Positions 24,131 through 35,238 of a stretch of DNA of 64,000 nucleotides are shown here, piece after piece; the stretch's first letter is position 1, and every line of letters begins with the position of its first letter. Under the pieces are notes generated by a model that was not told where the DNA came from, searched no databases, and saw nothing but the letters and a program-made list of their open reading frames with translations. The DNA comes from a virus (taxonomy: Duplodnaviria > Heunggongvirae > Uroviricota > Caudoviricetes). The stretch covers positions 88,286-152,285 of IMG/VR virus record IMGVR_UViG_3300032167_000002. The stretch is one strand, 5' to 3'. A program made the translations under genes and the position numbers.

Positions 24131-24160
24131 GCAAATTTAAAGAAAGGATGATATTTAGAA

Positions 24161-26092
24161 ATGATTACTTCTATTAAAAATGCAGATTATTCATTCCTTT
24201 TTGCAGATGCTGGAAAGCTACTGTTAGAGCTGGATAGCCAGGGAAAATTGAAGACTCCTCTGCAGCAAGCTGAAAAAGACGAATTAAATCAATTCGATCG
24301 TTTCTCTTCTTTGGAGAAGTATTTTACCCGTTTGGGAGACTTGGTCGATAATGCTGATAACCCAATTAAATATTTAATGTTGCCTTTAGATGAACCTTGT
24401 TTAGAGGTAAATGCTAATACTAGAATTATTACTATTCCTGATGGTTTCAAGAAATACGGCGCTGGCGTTCAAGGTGACGTAATTGCCGAGACTTTGTTCT
24501 TACGCATTGACCGCTTCTTCGATTCTATGGACTTCATGATGACTGAGCCTTATATTCAGTGGAAGCTGAAAAATGGTGAGCAGGGCGCAACTCCTATTCC
24601 TTATATGGATTATGAGAGCGAGCATCATTTAGGTAAGTTGATTTTGGTATGGCCTTTAACTGGTGCAGTTACCGCACAAGAAGGTCCTGTTGAATTCTCT
24701 TTACGTTTCTTAAAGAGAGATGGCGACAAGGTTGTTTATAGCTGGAACTCTGTTCCTGCAACTATCACTATTAAGCAGGCATTAAAGCCCGTAGTTGATT
24801 ATGTTGAATATGATGATGCTGCTTCTTTATTTAAGCTAGCAATTGAAAATAGTGAGCATACTTCTGATAGTGATACTGTAGACCCACCTTCCTTCGATGC
24901 TCCTGGCTATTCTATTGGTTTTGAAAACAATGTTATTCATTTGGATAAGAATAACGCTGTAACTTTGGCTGGTCAAGCTTGGGTTGAAGGTCAGGGACAT
25001 TTGTCTTATGATTGGGAGTACAGTAACTTAACTGGCAATATTGTCGTTGCTGGTATCAATGTTCAAGGTGCTGAAACTACAGCTTTCAAGGAAACTGAAG
25101 ATGATGCTCCAGTTGAGTATAAGGTTTACTATGTACAAAACGCAAGTGCTACTCCTTATGGATATGAGGAATTGCCTCATAATCAGTTCGAAACCACTAA
25201 GGAAGAGAATATCGCTATTTATGAGCGTTATGCCATTTATAGAATTACTGAAAGCATTAGTCCTGCTGCTGATGCTCCTGGTGTTGTAACTGGTACTTAC
25301 AAGCTAATTGCTAAACATAAGCTAGGATTCCCTTCTGCTTCTAAGTCTTTGAGTGTTACTATTCCTGGTCCCGAGGTTTTGGAATTCGTTTCTGGTGATA
25401 AAGACGCTGATGAAAAAGCTTTAGGATTGCCTGCAAATGGTATTTTACTAGATGAAAATGATGGCTTAACATTGAATGTTGAAGTTAAGAATGATGGTGC
25501 GCCTGCTGCAGCTTATCAGTCTATGACTTATTTGTGGAAGAAGAATGTTAACGATGACAAAGAAGATGGCATGGTTGATGTTATTTCTCACACTTATGAT
25601 AATAATACCGAGGGTAAGATTGGTAAAGTCACTGATGATTTGACTTTAGAGACTGCTGAACCCGGCTGGTATAAGGTTTATGTTACTTCTATGTTGAACC
25701 GCGATGATATTGCTATTGAGAGTAATGTTGCTCGTGTGACTAGAGCTCCAGAAGCTCCAGTCTTGAAATATCCTGCTTCTTCTGAATATTCTAAGCAGCT
25801 TGAGGCTCAAGCATTCCCCAACCGCTTAGTTGAAATTGTGATTGAGCATGAGGCTTTTGATGAGCCTGTAGCTTTACACTCTGATAGACTAATCTATGAG
25901 TGGTACGATGAAGATAAGCTATTGACTCAGGACACTCCTGGTGTTAGCTTTGATGGCAATAAGCTATTGATTGATGGTAGTAACATTCATGGTGACGTTA
26001 TGTTCATCCATTGCTATGTAACTAATGAATTAAATGGTGCCTACTCCGCAAGAGAAGATGCTCACTCTGGTAACTTTGTTGTAAGTTTCTAA
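24161..26092 (+). CDS. Baseplate/tail structural protein (643 aa) with no amber codons. Its N-terminal domain is paralogous to the next gene (RIDRFFDSMDFMM versus KVDRFFDYMDL).
   Basis: Intact ORF with RBS AAAGAAAGGATG and TAATAA stop. Confidence 0.55.
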   Translation: MITSIKNADYSFLFADAGKLLLELDSQGKLKTPLQQAEKDELNQFDRFSSLEKYFTRLGDLVDNADNPIKYLMLPLDEPCLEVNANTRIITIPDGFKKYGAGVQGDVIAETLFLRIDRFFDSMDFMMTEPYIQWKLKNGEQGATPIPYMDYESEHHLGKLILVWPLTGAVTAQEGPVEFSLRFLKRDGDKVVYSWNSVPATITIKQALKPVVDYVEYDDAASLFKLAIENSEHTSDSDTVDPPSFDAPGYSIGFENNVIHLDKNNAVTLAGQAWVEGQGHLSYDWEYSNLTGNIVVAGINVQGAETTAFKETEDDAPVEYKVYYVQNASATPYGYEELPHNQFETTKEENIAIYERYAIYRITESISPAADAPGVVTGTYKLIAKHKLGFPSASKSLSVTIPGPEVLEFVSGDKDADEKALGLPANGILLDENDGLTLNVEVKNDGAPAAAYQSMTYLWKKNVNDDKEDGMVDVISHTYDNNTEGKIGKVTDDLTLETAEPGWYKVYVTSMLNRDDIAIESNVARVTRAPEAPVLKYPASSEYSKQLEAQAFPNRLVEIVIEHEAFDEPVALHSDRLIYEWYDEDKLLTQDTPGVSFDGNKLLIDGSNIHGDVMFIHCYVTNELNGAYSAREDAHSGNFVVSF

Positions 26093-26113
26093 TAACTTGA
26101 AAGGAGAGGTAAA

Positions 26114-26701
26114 ATGATTATTTCAACCGAAGAATATTATAAGTATCTTGCTTATATTCAATCAAACAATCGGCCAACAATTGCTATTTTACCTTCGTCT
26201 GAAAAAGTCTACAATATTGACTTAAAAACTCGTCAAATTGAAACGCCAGAGTATCTGAGTGTTGAACATGACCATAAATCTGAAACGGTCTATTTTAAAG
26301 TAGACCGTTTCTTTGATTATATGGACTTGTCACAAACAGTATGCATCGTTCAATATGTAACCGCAGATAATAAGGCTCGCATTTATGCAGTACCTTTTTA
26401 TGATGTTACTTCTTATGCTGACGAGGAAAAAATGTTGATTCCTTGGTGTATTGATGGCGGTGCAACTGCGGTCGCAGGTACAGTCCAATATTCAATTCGA
26501 TTCTACAAGGTTGATGAAGTAGGACAGCAATTTATTTATAACTTAAACACTCGTCCAACAAAGAGTAAAGTATTATATGGTATGGATGTTCAAAAAATTA
26601 ATCATGATTATGATTTAGCTCCTACTGTATATGATGAAATTATCCAAAAGTTGGATGAATTTAGTGAAGCTTTAGGTAGCTTCTGGGAAGAGTTATATTG
26701 A
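26114..26701 (+). CDS. Baseplate/tail protein (195 aa), paralogous to the N-terminus of 24161..26092.
   Basis: Intact ORF with RBS AAAGGAGAGG and TGA stop followed by a terminator. Confidence 0.55.
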   Translation: MIISTEEYYKYLAYIQSNNRPTIAILPSSEKVYNIDLKTRQIETPEYLSVEHDHKSETVYFKVDRFFDYMDLSQTVCIVQYVTADNKARIYAVPFYDVTSYADEEKMLIPWCIDGGATAVAGTVQYSIRFYKVDEVGQQFIYNLNTRPTKSKVLYGMDVQKINHDYDLAPTVYDEIIQKLDEFSEALGSFWEELY

Positions 26702-26709
26702 TAGTTTTA

Positions 26710-26741
26710 GGGAGAGATTTTATATCTCTCCCTTTTTTTTA
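26710..26741 (+). terminator. Rho-independent terminator (GGGAGAGAT...ATCTCTCCC plus T8).
   Basis: Hairpin plus TTTTTTTT, read directly. Confidence 0.65.
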
Positions 26742-26819
26742 TTTGGCCCAAAAGGGAAAAATAGATTATTTTAAATCTCAGTATTAATAGAACAAATTAG
26801 AGGGAAAGGAGGCAGTTTC

Positions 26820-27704
26820 GTGGCTGATTTAGCTTTACAGTTTAAGTAGGGTCAATATGCTTCAGGTAAGTTTGATAATTCAAATGCAAATCATTTGAAA
26901 CACGAAGCTGGTACCCTTTATCTTGCAACTAATGAAGATTATTCTGCTTATTTATTATTTGATGATGGCGTTAACTTTTTGAATATTATTCCATAGATGT
27001 TAGGTTATCACCACGGTGGTACTGGTGTTGATTTATCAAAGAATACTCCCGCAAATGCAGTTTTAATTCAGAATACTACTTTAAATGGTATTGCTAGTGT
27101 TGCAAGTGCAAAAGGTGCTTTTTATTCTACTGGAACAAATTTAACACCTCAATTTGGAACATTGCCTGTCAATGTTGGTGGTACCGGTATTACTACTGCA
27201 ACAGCTGGTGGTATTTTATATGGTAATGGAACTAATGCTTTCAAAGTAACGGCAAAAGGCGCAAAATCTGCTATCTTAGTCGGTGGTAATGGAACTCCCG
27301 CATTTGCGGCTCCCGCAGTTTCTTGGATTGCAGGTACAACTGCAGGTCCCACATTTAGATTTGCATTAAATGGAACAAATTTTGATGCAGTTATTCCTTC
27401 TGCTTCAACTACTGCTTCTGGTATTATTACTAATGATATTCAAACCATTGGAGGCCATAAAACTTTCAATGATGGTCTTACTATTAATGGTACTGCAAAA
27501 TTTAATGGTGGATTTTAGATTGTTGGTGGTATTGATGCATATTATAATTCTTCTAGTGACCAATCTGTCGGTTCATTAGAAGTTATTGGTGGTATTACCG
27601 CCACAATGAATATGCGTGTTGACGGAGGAGCTATTCAATTTAAAAAAGCTGGTAAAATTCAATATGATGATACAAAAGAATGTTTTAATTTTGTATTCGC
27701 ATAA
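26820..27704 (+). CDS. Tail-fibre protein (about 294 aa), Gly/Thr-rich. GTG start. TAG at 26847, 26994 and 27516 read through. Contains IQTIGGHKTFNDGLTING.
   Basis: RBS GAGGGAAAGGAGG 9 nt before GTG 26820. Frame 3 is open to TAA 27702 apart from 3 TAG. The track ORF 26997..27518 is the middle piece. Confidence 0.55.
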
Positions 27705-27716
27705 GGTGGTGGCAAT

Positions 27717-30134
27717 ATGAGTTTACAAGTATGGTTACCATTAAATAATCATATTAATAACCAAGGATTAAATACTATTCGTTTTAAAAGCTCAAATGTT
27801 TCTTACACTCAAGGTAAGTTGGGCTATTGCGCTAGTGGCACCATTCAAGGAACTGCCGCAGAATTAAATTCAACAGATGGTTTTTGTTGTAGTTTCTGGT
27901 GGAATATTGCCAATGGAGATAGCTATAATATTAAATTTCCTATTACTAACACAGGTATTGATGATATTTTTAATATGGCAAAAATGGATTATACTTCCAA
28001 TTATGCTATTAAATTACATTGCAATAATAACAAACCTCAAATGATTTGGATTTATGATACTCGTTCTACTTCTGGAGTATGGGAGCTTGGAACCTGGAAT
28101 CATTATGTTATTAATGTTAATAATGGAGATTTCGGTGTATAGGTAAAAGTATTTGTAAATGGAGCTTTAAAACATCAATACAATAGCGCTGATTATAATT
28201 TTACATTACGCCCTGGTACCATTAGTATTAGTGGAACAGCAAAAATGAATGATTTTAGATTATATGACCATCCACTTTGTCTAAAAGAAATTGATGAATT
28301 AAGTAGAGGTCTAATGCTTCATTATCCTTTACGAGATAGTACTTTACAAAGCACAACTAATTATTTATTGTATCCAACCCCTGGTAGTAGAGTAAGTGCT
28401 GGATGGGACTCTTCTTTACATCCAAATGCTATTAATGTATCTGGATTTACTGCAGGGTATAACAGTGGTGTTGATTCACCAACAATTGGTTATCATGCCT
28501 ATTGGAATGTTATAGATGACGTGCCTACAATGGTGTTTCCAAATTTAAATTCAGCATATAATTATAAAGGCCGTTGGTTAGGAATTTCTTCATGGGGTAC
28601 TGTTAATTTAGCGTAGGCGATTGGTAAAGGTAATAAATATACTATTTCTTTTGAAGCTAAAAGTGATATAAAAGGTAAAACAGTACAGTTTGGTTTATAT
28701 TATAGAAAAAATGGAGCAACTTCAAATAACTTCCATGATGGACAACATTAGTAGAGCTTAACTACAACTTGGAAAAAATATTCATACACTTGGACTCTTG
28801 GACAAGACGGTGATAGTTCTAATGTGGGAGCAGTATATATGTATGGTCATTATGGTATTGAAGGAACTGCTTATGTAAGAAATATTTAGTTAGAAATTAA
28901 TGACCATGCAACAGATTATGTTTCTGGTAGTAGAGAAGCTTCTAAGGTCTATGACTGTTCGGGTTTTGGACATCACGGTCGTGTAGTAGGAGCAGTATCG
29001 ATGATGCCAGATTCTAGTCGCAATAAATATTCTGCATACATCACAGATGGTCGTAGTAATTATATTGCAAGTGATACTATGATATTTCCAAAAGATAGTA
29101 TAACTATGAGTTGCTGGGTTAAAGGTAGTAACGCAGGATATAGTAATTATCATATTCCATTAAGCTTTGGTAGTGCTAATTATGAATTTTCATTGGAGGG
29201 AACGACTGGTAAATTCCGCGCTGGATATGTTATTAGTGGAACTCGCTAGTGCGTAACAACAAATGGTACTACTATTGATGGGAAATGGCATATGATTACA
29301 TCTACATTTGATGGAACAACTATTCGTAGATATGTTGATGGAATACCTTTAACATCTACTGCGGCCGCAGGTACTTTATCCGGTGGTACTGGTAATTTAT
29401 TGGTTGGTAATTATAATGGTACTACATATGGTAATAGTAAATTATATACTAGTGATGTTAGAATTTATGCTACAGCACTAGATGAACTATAGATTAAAGA
29501 ATTATATTTAAATGGTGCCACTGTAGATAATGGTGGTAATGTTTATGCTTATGAGTTCACTGAAGAGGGCGACAACTCAGTCTTTAAAGAAGGAGTAGTT
29601 GACTTTGAGAATTTTATTGAGTATAATATTAATAAGATAATGAGATATGATGGTGATTTGTGGGTACAAATTTTACATCATAATAATAGAGCTGGTACTA
29701 AGTATTTTACACCATCTAATGCCGCCAATCATACAGAAGAAGACTTATATAGTAGGCTTTATTTAACTGAATAGTTAAGAGGAGCTGATGGTGCATTTGA
29801 ATTTTTAGTTTTGCAACCTGATGATGATGCAGGTACTGTATATAGATGGATTCAAACAAATAATCCAAACAATACAACTTCTGTAACAGGATTTAAAAAC
29901 ATTTCTAATATGAGTGGAGGATTAGTAAAATGCTCGGGTAATACTCATTGGGCAATTTCAACCTCTACTGGAAATTGGTGGAATGCAGTGGGATGCTGGA
30001 CCGCTTATAATGGAGGCATTCCTGGATTTGGTAAAAAAACTATTAAAGGGTCTTTAGATGTGTATGTAAAGTTAGATAAAAGAACAAGCTTTTTAATCGA
30101 CTCTATTGAAACTCAAAACTATTATGAATTTTAA
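27717..30134 (+). CDS. Large tail-fibre/receptor-binding protein with LamG-like (concanavalin-type lectin) domains, about 805 aa. Eight in-frame TAG at 28140, 28614, 28749, 28752 (adjacent TAG-TAG), 28887, 29247, 29490 and 29772. Paralogue of 32793..35219.
   Basis: Frame-3 ORFs 27717..28142, 28245..28616, 29001..29249, 29292..29492 and 29811..30134 are joined through TAG only. The 28617..29000 and 29493..29810 gaps were verified codon by codon. LamG signature DFRLYDHPLCLKEIDEL / DVRIYATALDEL. TAA stop at 30132. Confidence 0.65.
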
Positions 30135-30223
30135 CTTGGACTAATAAGATTAAAGTTCATGAAATAAACATCATTATTATTGAGAATAAATCTCAAAATT
30201 GAATTGAAAAGGAGATTACAATT

Positions 30224-30445
30224 ATGTTAAGAATGGACAATATGAATGTCAACTTTAATGGCGCTAGCGTAGTTGACGATGTTGTAGTCGCAAATATGAG
30301 CGCAAGTTATTCTGGTGCTGAGGTATATTTCAACATGACTATTATTGACTTGGATGGTTATAATGGTAACAAAGAAGTTGTTGAATTAGACTTTGATAAT
30401 TTCAAGGATAAAGCCTTAGAGGGCATCAACGGAATTGCACTCTAA
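30224..30445 (+). CDS. Small protein (73 aa). Possible fibre assembly or accessory protein.
   Basis: RBS AAAAGGAGA. TAA stop followed immediately by a terminator. Confidence 0.45.
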   Translation: MLRMDNMNVNFNGASVVDDVVVANMSASYSGAEVYFNMTIIDLDGYNGNKEVVELDFDNFKDKALEGINGIAL

Positions 30446-30453
30446 TAATTCAT

Positions 30454-30490
30454 AGGGGTGAGGATTTATCCTCACCCCTATTTTTTTTTG
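30454..30490 (+). terminator. Rho-independent terminator (AGGGGTGAGGA...TCCTCACCCCT plus T9).
   Basis: Read directly from the sequence. Confidence 0.7.
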
Positions 30491-30524
30491 ATATATAGAT
30501 TTTGAAGAAAAGGAGTGAAAAATT

Positions 30525-32777
30525 GTGGCACAATTAAGAGATTTAATTGTTAATGGGCCTTCTCGTTTTCTTGGAGTATCTACATATAATGAAGATGTAC
30601 TTCTAAATAAAGGTGCAATTGCTTATGATGTTATTATACCAGGAGAAACCTTAACCTATAATTTAGGTACAGCAGATAACGCTTGGTTAAATATATATGG
30701 TGCAAACCTAAGAGCATCAACAGCAGTTATTGTTACTGGCAGTGCAGAAGCGACAGCCGCAAGTTCTGGAGCAATTCAAGTAACTGGCGGTATTTATGTA
30801 GCTAAAAAATCTTTGTTTGGTAGTGATATTTATTTAGGCTCAACATCTTATTATTTAAATGGCACAACAAGTAAACTAAATGGCTTAACAACTGCCAGTA
30901 CTATTACTTCTGGCGGTAATGTTGTTCCAAGTGAGACTAACAAAAAGAGCCTTGGTACTTCTAGTTTGCGTTGGGCTAACTTATATATTGTAAATGGTAA
31001 CGCTTCTGGCTCACTATCTGTGTCTGGAACTGTAACTTCTACTGGCGGTTTTATTGGAAATTTAACTGGCAATGTTGTTGGTAATGTAACTGGTGATGTT
31101 ACAGGTAATCTAATTGGTGTTGCTGATAAAGCTAATCGTTTAACCAAATCAGGTGGTAGTACTGATAGACCAGTTTATTTTACTACTGATGGAATTCCAT
31201 AGCCTACTACTTATCGTATGGCTGGCACTAATGTAACAGCTACAACAGGAATTGCGATTGGCAGTGCCACTAATACTGGTATTTGGTATGTTAATGATAC
31301 TTCTGGTATTCTTGGTATTAGTGATGGTGTAGCTATTGTAAATAAATATAACGACTCTTGGATTACTCAAATTTATCAAGACTATCGCACTGGTCAACTT
31401 GCGGTTCGTGGTAAAAATAATGGTACTTGGCAAGATTGGAGAGTTATTCTTGATGAAGATAATTTTACTAATTATCTTGATGGTCATTATAATGGTAAAT
31501 ATGTTTTAAAAACAGGCGATACCATGTCTGGCCCTCTAGTTATTCAAACCAGTGAAAATAAATTAACAATGAATACTAGTGGAAGTATTACTACTGAAGT
31601 TACAAAAAGCGGTGGATGGGCACGATATATTGATTGGAAATAGAAAAATACATCTAGTGATACTGCAAGCGTAAAAGCAGAAATGGGTGCCTATGGCGCA
31701 GGAGGAACTTTAAATTATTGGTATGTTGGTACTGGTTGGGAAGAAGAAAATACTTGGTTATAGGTTAATGCAACTGGCACCACTGTAAAAGGAATTCTAA
31801 ATGCAAAAGGTCATGTTTATTTAACAGGCTCTCACGCTAGTTCTAGTACTGGTAATACAACTCAATTAGTGTTTGGTACACCAAGTGAAAATCATGTCGT
31901 ATTATCTTCTAATGATAATGCATTAGTTATTAATCCAACTACTTCTTCCACCACAAATTAGATTGTTTTATATTTAAATAGTAAATCTAAATTCCCTAGT
32001 GGCTTAGACGTAGGCACAGCTTCTTCTTTTGCTTCTGATGTGAATATCGGTGGTAATTTACAAGTTACTGGCTCTATTAAAGGATTAAGTACTTTAGCCA
32101 TTACTGGCGCCACAACTTTAAGTAATACTTTATCTGTAACTGGAGCTGCTTCATTATCAAATACTTTAACTGTATCAAAAGTTACTACCCTAAACGGAGG
32201 TCTTATCGTTAGTGGTAGACCTTATGGCTCTGGTGATGATGAAGGTATTGTTGTTGCACCTGCAGCTAACGGATATGCAGGTATTACTTTAGGTAGTGCT
32301 TCTGGTATTAGAAGTACTCTATATTTAACACCAGCTGATAGAACACATAGAGCAGTTTGGCGTTACTATAATGGTACAACCAATTATGATGTTACGCATC
32401 CTGAAACTAGTGGTGAATTGGTGGTACATACCGCTGATACAGCCGCAGGTAATGCTAGTGTTCCCGTTTATATTGCTGCTTCTGGTGTCGCGACCGCAAT
32501 TACCTGTCTTGAACCTTCAAAAGGTGGTACTGGTAATACCAACTTAGTGAGTGGACGTTTGGTTTATACTGAGGCTTACAACGGTTCAGTCAGAATGACT
32601 TCTGGCGGCAATCATTATGCAAATGCTACTAAGGTTGCTATTAATTCAACTGCTGCCCCCACAGGAGCTTTCCATGTGCAAGGTGATACATCTATCAACG
32701 GAGCGATTACAGTTGACTCTAAGGTAAAATTTGTGTATAATAGTACCGATGAAAGTTTAGATTTTATATTTATTTAA
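30525..32777 (+). CDS. Tail-fibre shaft protein (about 750 aa). GTG start. TAG at 31200, 31641, 31761 and 31959. N-terminus (MAQLRDLIVNGPSRFLG) is paralogous to the N-terminus of 35239..38766.
   Basis: RBS AAAAGGAGTG. Frame-3 ORFs 30525..31202, 31218..31643 and 32040..32777 plus two sub-60-aa segments are joined through TAG. TAA stop at 32775. Confidence 0.6.
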
Positions 32778-32792
32778 GGAGGAGATTAATAT

Positions 32793-35219
32793 ATGAGTTT
32801 ATTAATATGGTTACCATTACATGGTAATTTAGAAAACTATGGTTCTTCTCCAATAAAATTTAGTTTAAATACTACTGGTGGCGGTGTTGCAGCTGCCACC
32901 AGTGGTGGAAAAACAGATATGCGCTGTTATCAACGAACAGCTATTAATACAGTTTCTCATATTACTAGTGATTCCACAATTGATTTAAATAAAGATTTTA
33001 CTATGGCATGTTGGTGTTATCCAACCACTCCTGGTAATGCTACTTCTGCAAATGGAATTCTAACGAATCATAATCATTCTCATAATAGTGATAAAGGTAG
33101 TGGTTCAGGAATTACTTTAAAATATAGTGGTAATACAACTTGTTATATGAGTTGTAATACTTCTTCTTCTACTGGAAGAACATATTATTCATATTATGGA
33201 ACTACAAACATCTATGGAGCTTGGCATCACTTATGTTTAACCTATAAGAAATCTACTAAAACTTATCGTTTATTTGTAGATGGTATTTGCGAAAAGGAAT
33301 TTACTTGCGAGAATGTATCTGCTGCAAATAAATTTAATATATTTGATTGGTCTGTCGGGCATTCAAATAATGGGTCATATAGACCCGCCTGTAAAATTAA
33401 TGATGTGCGAGTATATGATGAATGTTTATCCAAAAGAGAAGTGAAATTATTAAGTCAAGGTTTAGTTTTACATTATAAATTAGATGGCGGAAATGCGAAT
33501 AATTTATTAACTAATTCTTATACGATTGGAAATAGACAAACCTCTTTTGATAAGGTCTATGGATTTCCTGTCTGTAGTGCAGATAATAGTGCAGGCACTG
33601 GATATAAAGATTTTGCTTCTTGGGGAGGACACTCTGTTTCTATAAATGAAGTATATACAGCAAGTTTCTTTGCTAAATCATCTACTTCAAGTACTTTAAC
33701 TATGTACTTTTATAATAATACATCTGGCGTGGTTCAAGTTTCTAATATTAAATCATCTGAAGGACATAATAAAAGCGGCAGTGATGGCAATTGTCCTCTA
33801 TCATTAACTCCTCAATGGAAAAAATATACAGTAACTTGGACTTTTGCAGCAAGCGGAACAACTACAAATAAAACCTTGCTATTTAGACTTGCGGCAGGTG
33901 GTAAATGTGATATAGCTTTACCAAAATTAGAAAAAGGTTCGATTGCTACCCCTTATTGCCCAGCATTAAGTGAAACATTTTTTAATGCTGCTGATGATTG
34001 TAGTGGATATGGTCGTAATGGCACAACAGTTGGTAATATTACTTTTAGCTCTGATACTCCACGCTATGCGGCAAGCTCTGTGTTTGATGGTTCAACCACA
34101 GGCATTAATTTACCAATTAAAGATTTAATGAAAGCAGTATTGAGTGATAAGTGTACTATTAATTTTTGGGTAAAAGAATCAAATACATCAAGTAGAAGTA
34201 TTTACTTTGGCGGTTATAGTGGTAGTAATTTTAATATTGAACAAAATGTAACATCTTTCCGAGTATATTGGAATGGTAGTCCAGATTTATCAGTAGGTAC
34301 AATTACTAATAACGAATGGGCTATGTGGACTGTTACAACAGATATTGCTACTGGTATTAAAATATATAAAAATGCAACTTTAGTAAAAACTCATACGGGT
34401 GCTCTTACTAATATTGCTTCAAGTTTTACAAGAGATTTTAATATTGGTAAAGATAGTAGAACTGATGATACAATGATGGAAGGTAAAATGTCAGATTTTA
34501 GAATTTATGCTTCTGTATTGTCTGCTACTGATATTAAAGACTTATATCAAACTGCAGCGTCAATAACTAAAGAGGGTTCTGTATAGGCTTATGAATTTAT
34601 TGAAGAGCCTGATAGTTTTGATATTAAAATGACTAAATAGGGTATGTTAAAAGCTGCTGACATTTCTGAAATTGGATATATTGGCGGTATGAAAGTTAAA
34701 GTGCTATCCGACAATAGTGCTTGGGCACGTATTCATTGGCTTGACGTGACTACGGATAAAACTTGGTTTACTGCTAGCGAAGTTGCCTTTTGCAATTAGG
34801 CTAATCGTTTTAGTCGAATGGGTTTAGTAGACCATTTTAAAGTAGATGGTAAATATGAGTTTATGTTAACTTATCCGTCTTTGTCAAATTCTTTATATAA
34901 TAGATGGACACAAACAAGCTCTCCAAATGCAAGTACTGTAACTGGTTTTACTGCTATTACAACAGCATGGAATAATCATAATGCAGGCATTCGTAAACAT
35001 GGTTCAGCTTGCGTCTATAACTGTGACACTGGCTCAACTTGGTTTGCTCCTATTGGACAGAAATCTGCTTGGGATAGTACTAAATTTATTCCTGCCGCAG
35101 ATGGCACTTCACAAACTGAAACAGAATTGTGGGTAAGAATTGATACATTACCCAACTTAACAAAAACTAGTATGCTTGATAAAGAATATTTACAAGCATT
35201 TAAGATATATGAAATTTAA
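32793..35219 (+). CDS. LamG-domain tail-fibre/receptor-binding protein (about 808 aa), paralogue of 27717..30134 (MSLLIWLPL... N-terminus, NDVRVYDECLSKREVKLL and DFRIYASVLSATDIKDLY LamG signatures). TAG at 34584, 34638 and 34797.
   Basis: RBS TAAGGAGGAG. Frame 3 ORFs 32793..34586 and 34818..35219 are joined via TAG-only segments. TAA stop at 35217. Confidence 0.65.
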
Positions 35220-35238
35220 GAGAGAAAGGAGTATTTAA

